In this document: piece by piece, positions 63,865-64,000 of the stretch | Position numbering within the stretch: the stretch's first letter is position 1 | How the letters are laid out: the number at the start of each line of letters is the position of its first letter | Origin: Nitrospirota bacterium | GTDB taxonomy: Bacteria > Nitrospirota > Nitrospiria > Nitrospirales > Nitrospiraceae | NCBI GenBank assembly: GCA_963701855.1 | Contig: CAVPBK010000001.1 | Location: 146,579-210,578, forward strand | Direction: 5' to 3' | DNA: 64,000 nt | Notes under the pieces: model-generated | What the model saw: only the letters and a program-made list of their open reading frames with translations | The model's database searches: none | What the model was told of the DNA's origin: nothing | Position numbers and translations under genes: made by a program

Positions 63865-63982
63865 TGTCTGTCTGGTTCATCTGGTCTATCTCGTTGATCT
63901 GGTTTGTTTTGTTTATTTGGTTCATCTGGTTAGTTTCGTTCAACCAAAAACCAGAGAGACCAGAGAGACAAAACAGACTAGC
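63865..63982. repeat. 9-nt-periodic palindromic repeat
   Basis: TCTGGTTCATCTGGTCTATCTCGTTGATCTGGTTTG..GGTTAGTTTCGTTCAACCAAAAACCAGAGAGACCAGA. Confidence 0.8.
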
Positions 63983-64000
63983 GACCAGTTTCAGTATCCT

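Overview
This 64-kb GC-rich bacterial window has gene style and small hypothetical families that suggest Nitrospira; that attribution is inference. Five parts can be distinguished. (1) 0.1-5.2 kb: a minus-strand cluster with a cupredoxin-like protein, a Cyc2-like cytochrome-porin fusion, a SHOCT lipoprotein and a cytochrome c. (2) 6.4-18 kb: stress/low-oxygen-type genes (YbaK, dodecin, Hsp20, phosphoribosyltransferase, BCAM0308-like, USP, GNAT-acyl-CoA ligase), some with sigma54-like promoters. (3) 18.7-34.7 kb: a minus-strand periplasmic redox cluster with 10 c-type cytochrome genes, including TsdA-like and SorAB-like genes and a tetrahaem cytochrome. It also holds DsrE, OsmC, SodC, hemerythrin, a globin-coupled diguanylate cyclase and Ppk2. 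(4) 35-47.8 kb: an island with a more AT-rich core. It contains HicBA, a large fragmented TPR+PIN-like gene, a 638-aa unknown partner, a HEPN-like gene hit by both IS200 and IS3, an IS630 and a DUF433/PIN toxin-antitoxin pair. This is the best candidate for an undescribed defence system. (5) 48-64 kb: acetolactate synthase, a complete N-type ATPase operon (atpDCQRBEFAG), ackA/xfp/ppk2 remnants, a P-type ATPase, PepSY, glucan phosphorylase and a VIT family gene. Intergenic DNA is full of modular palindromic, MITE-like repeats. One family has covarying stems, and another has a copy lying in frame inside the P-type ATPase. Several single-base frameshifts may be sequencing errors. No rRNA, tRNA or CRISPR array was recognised.
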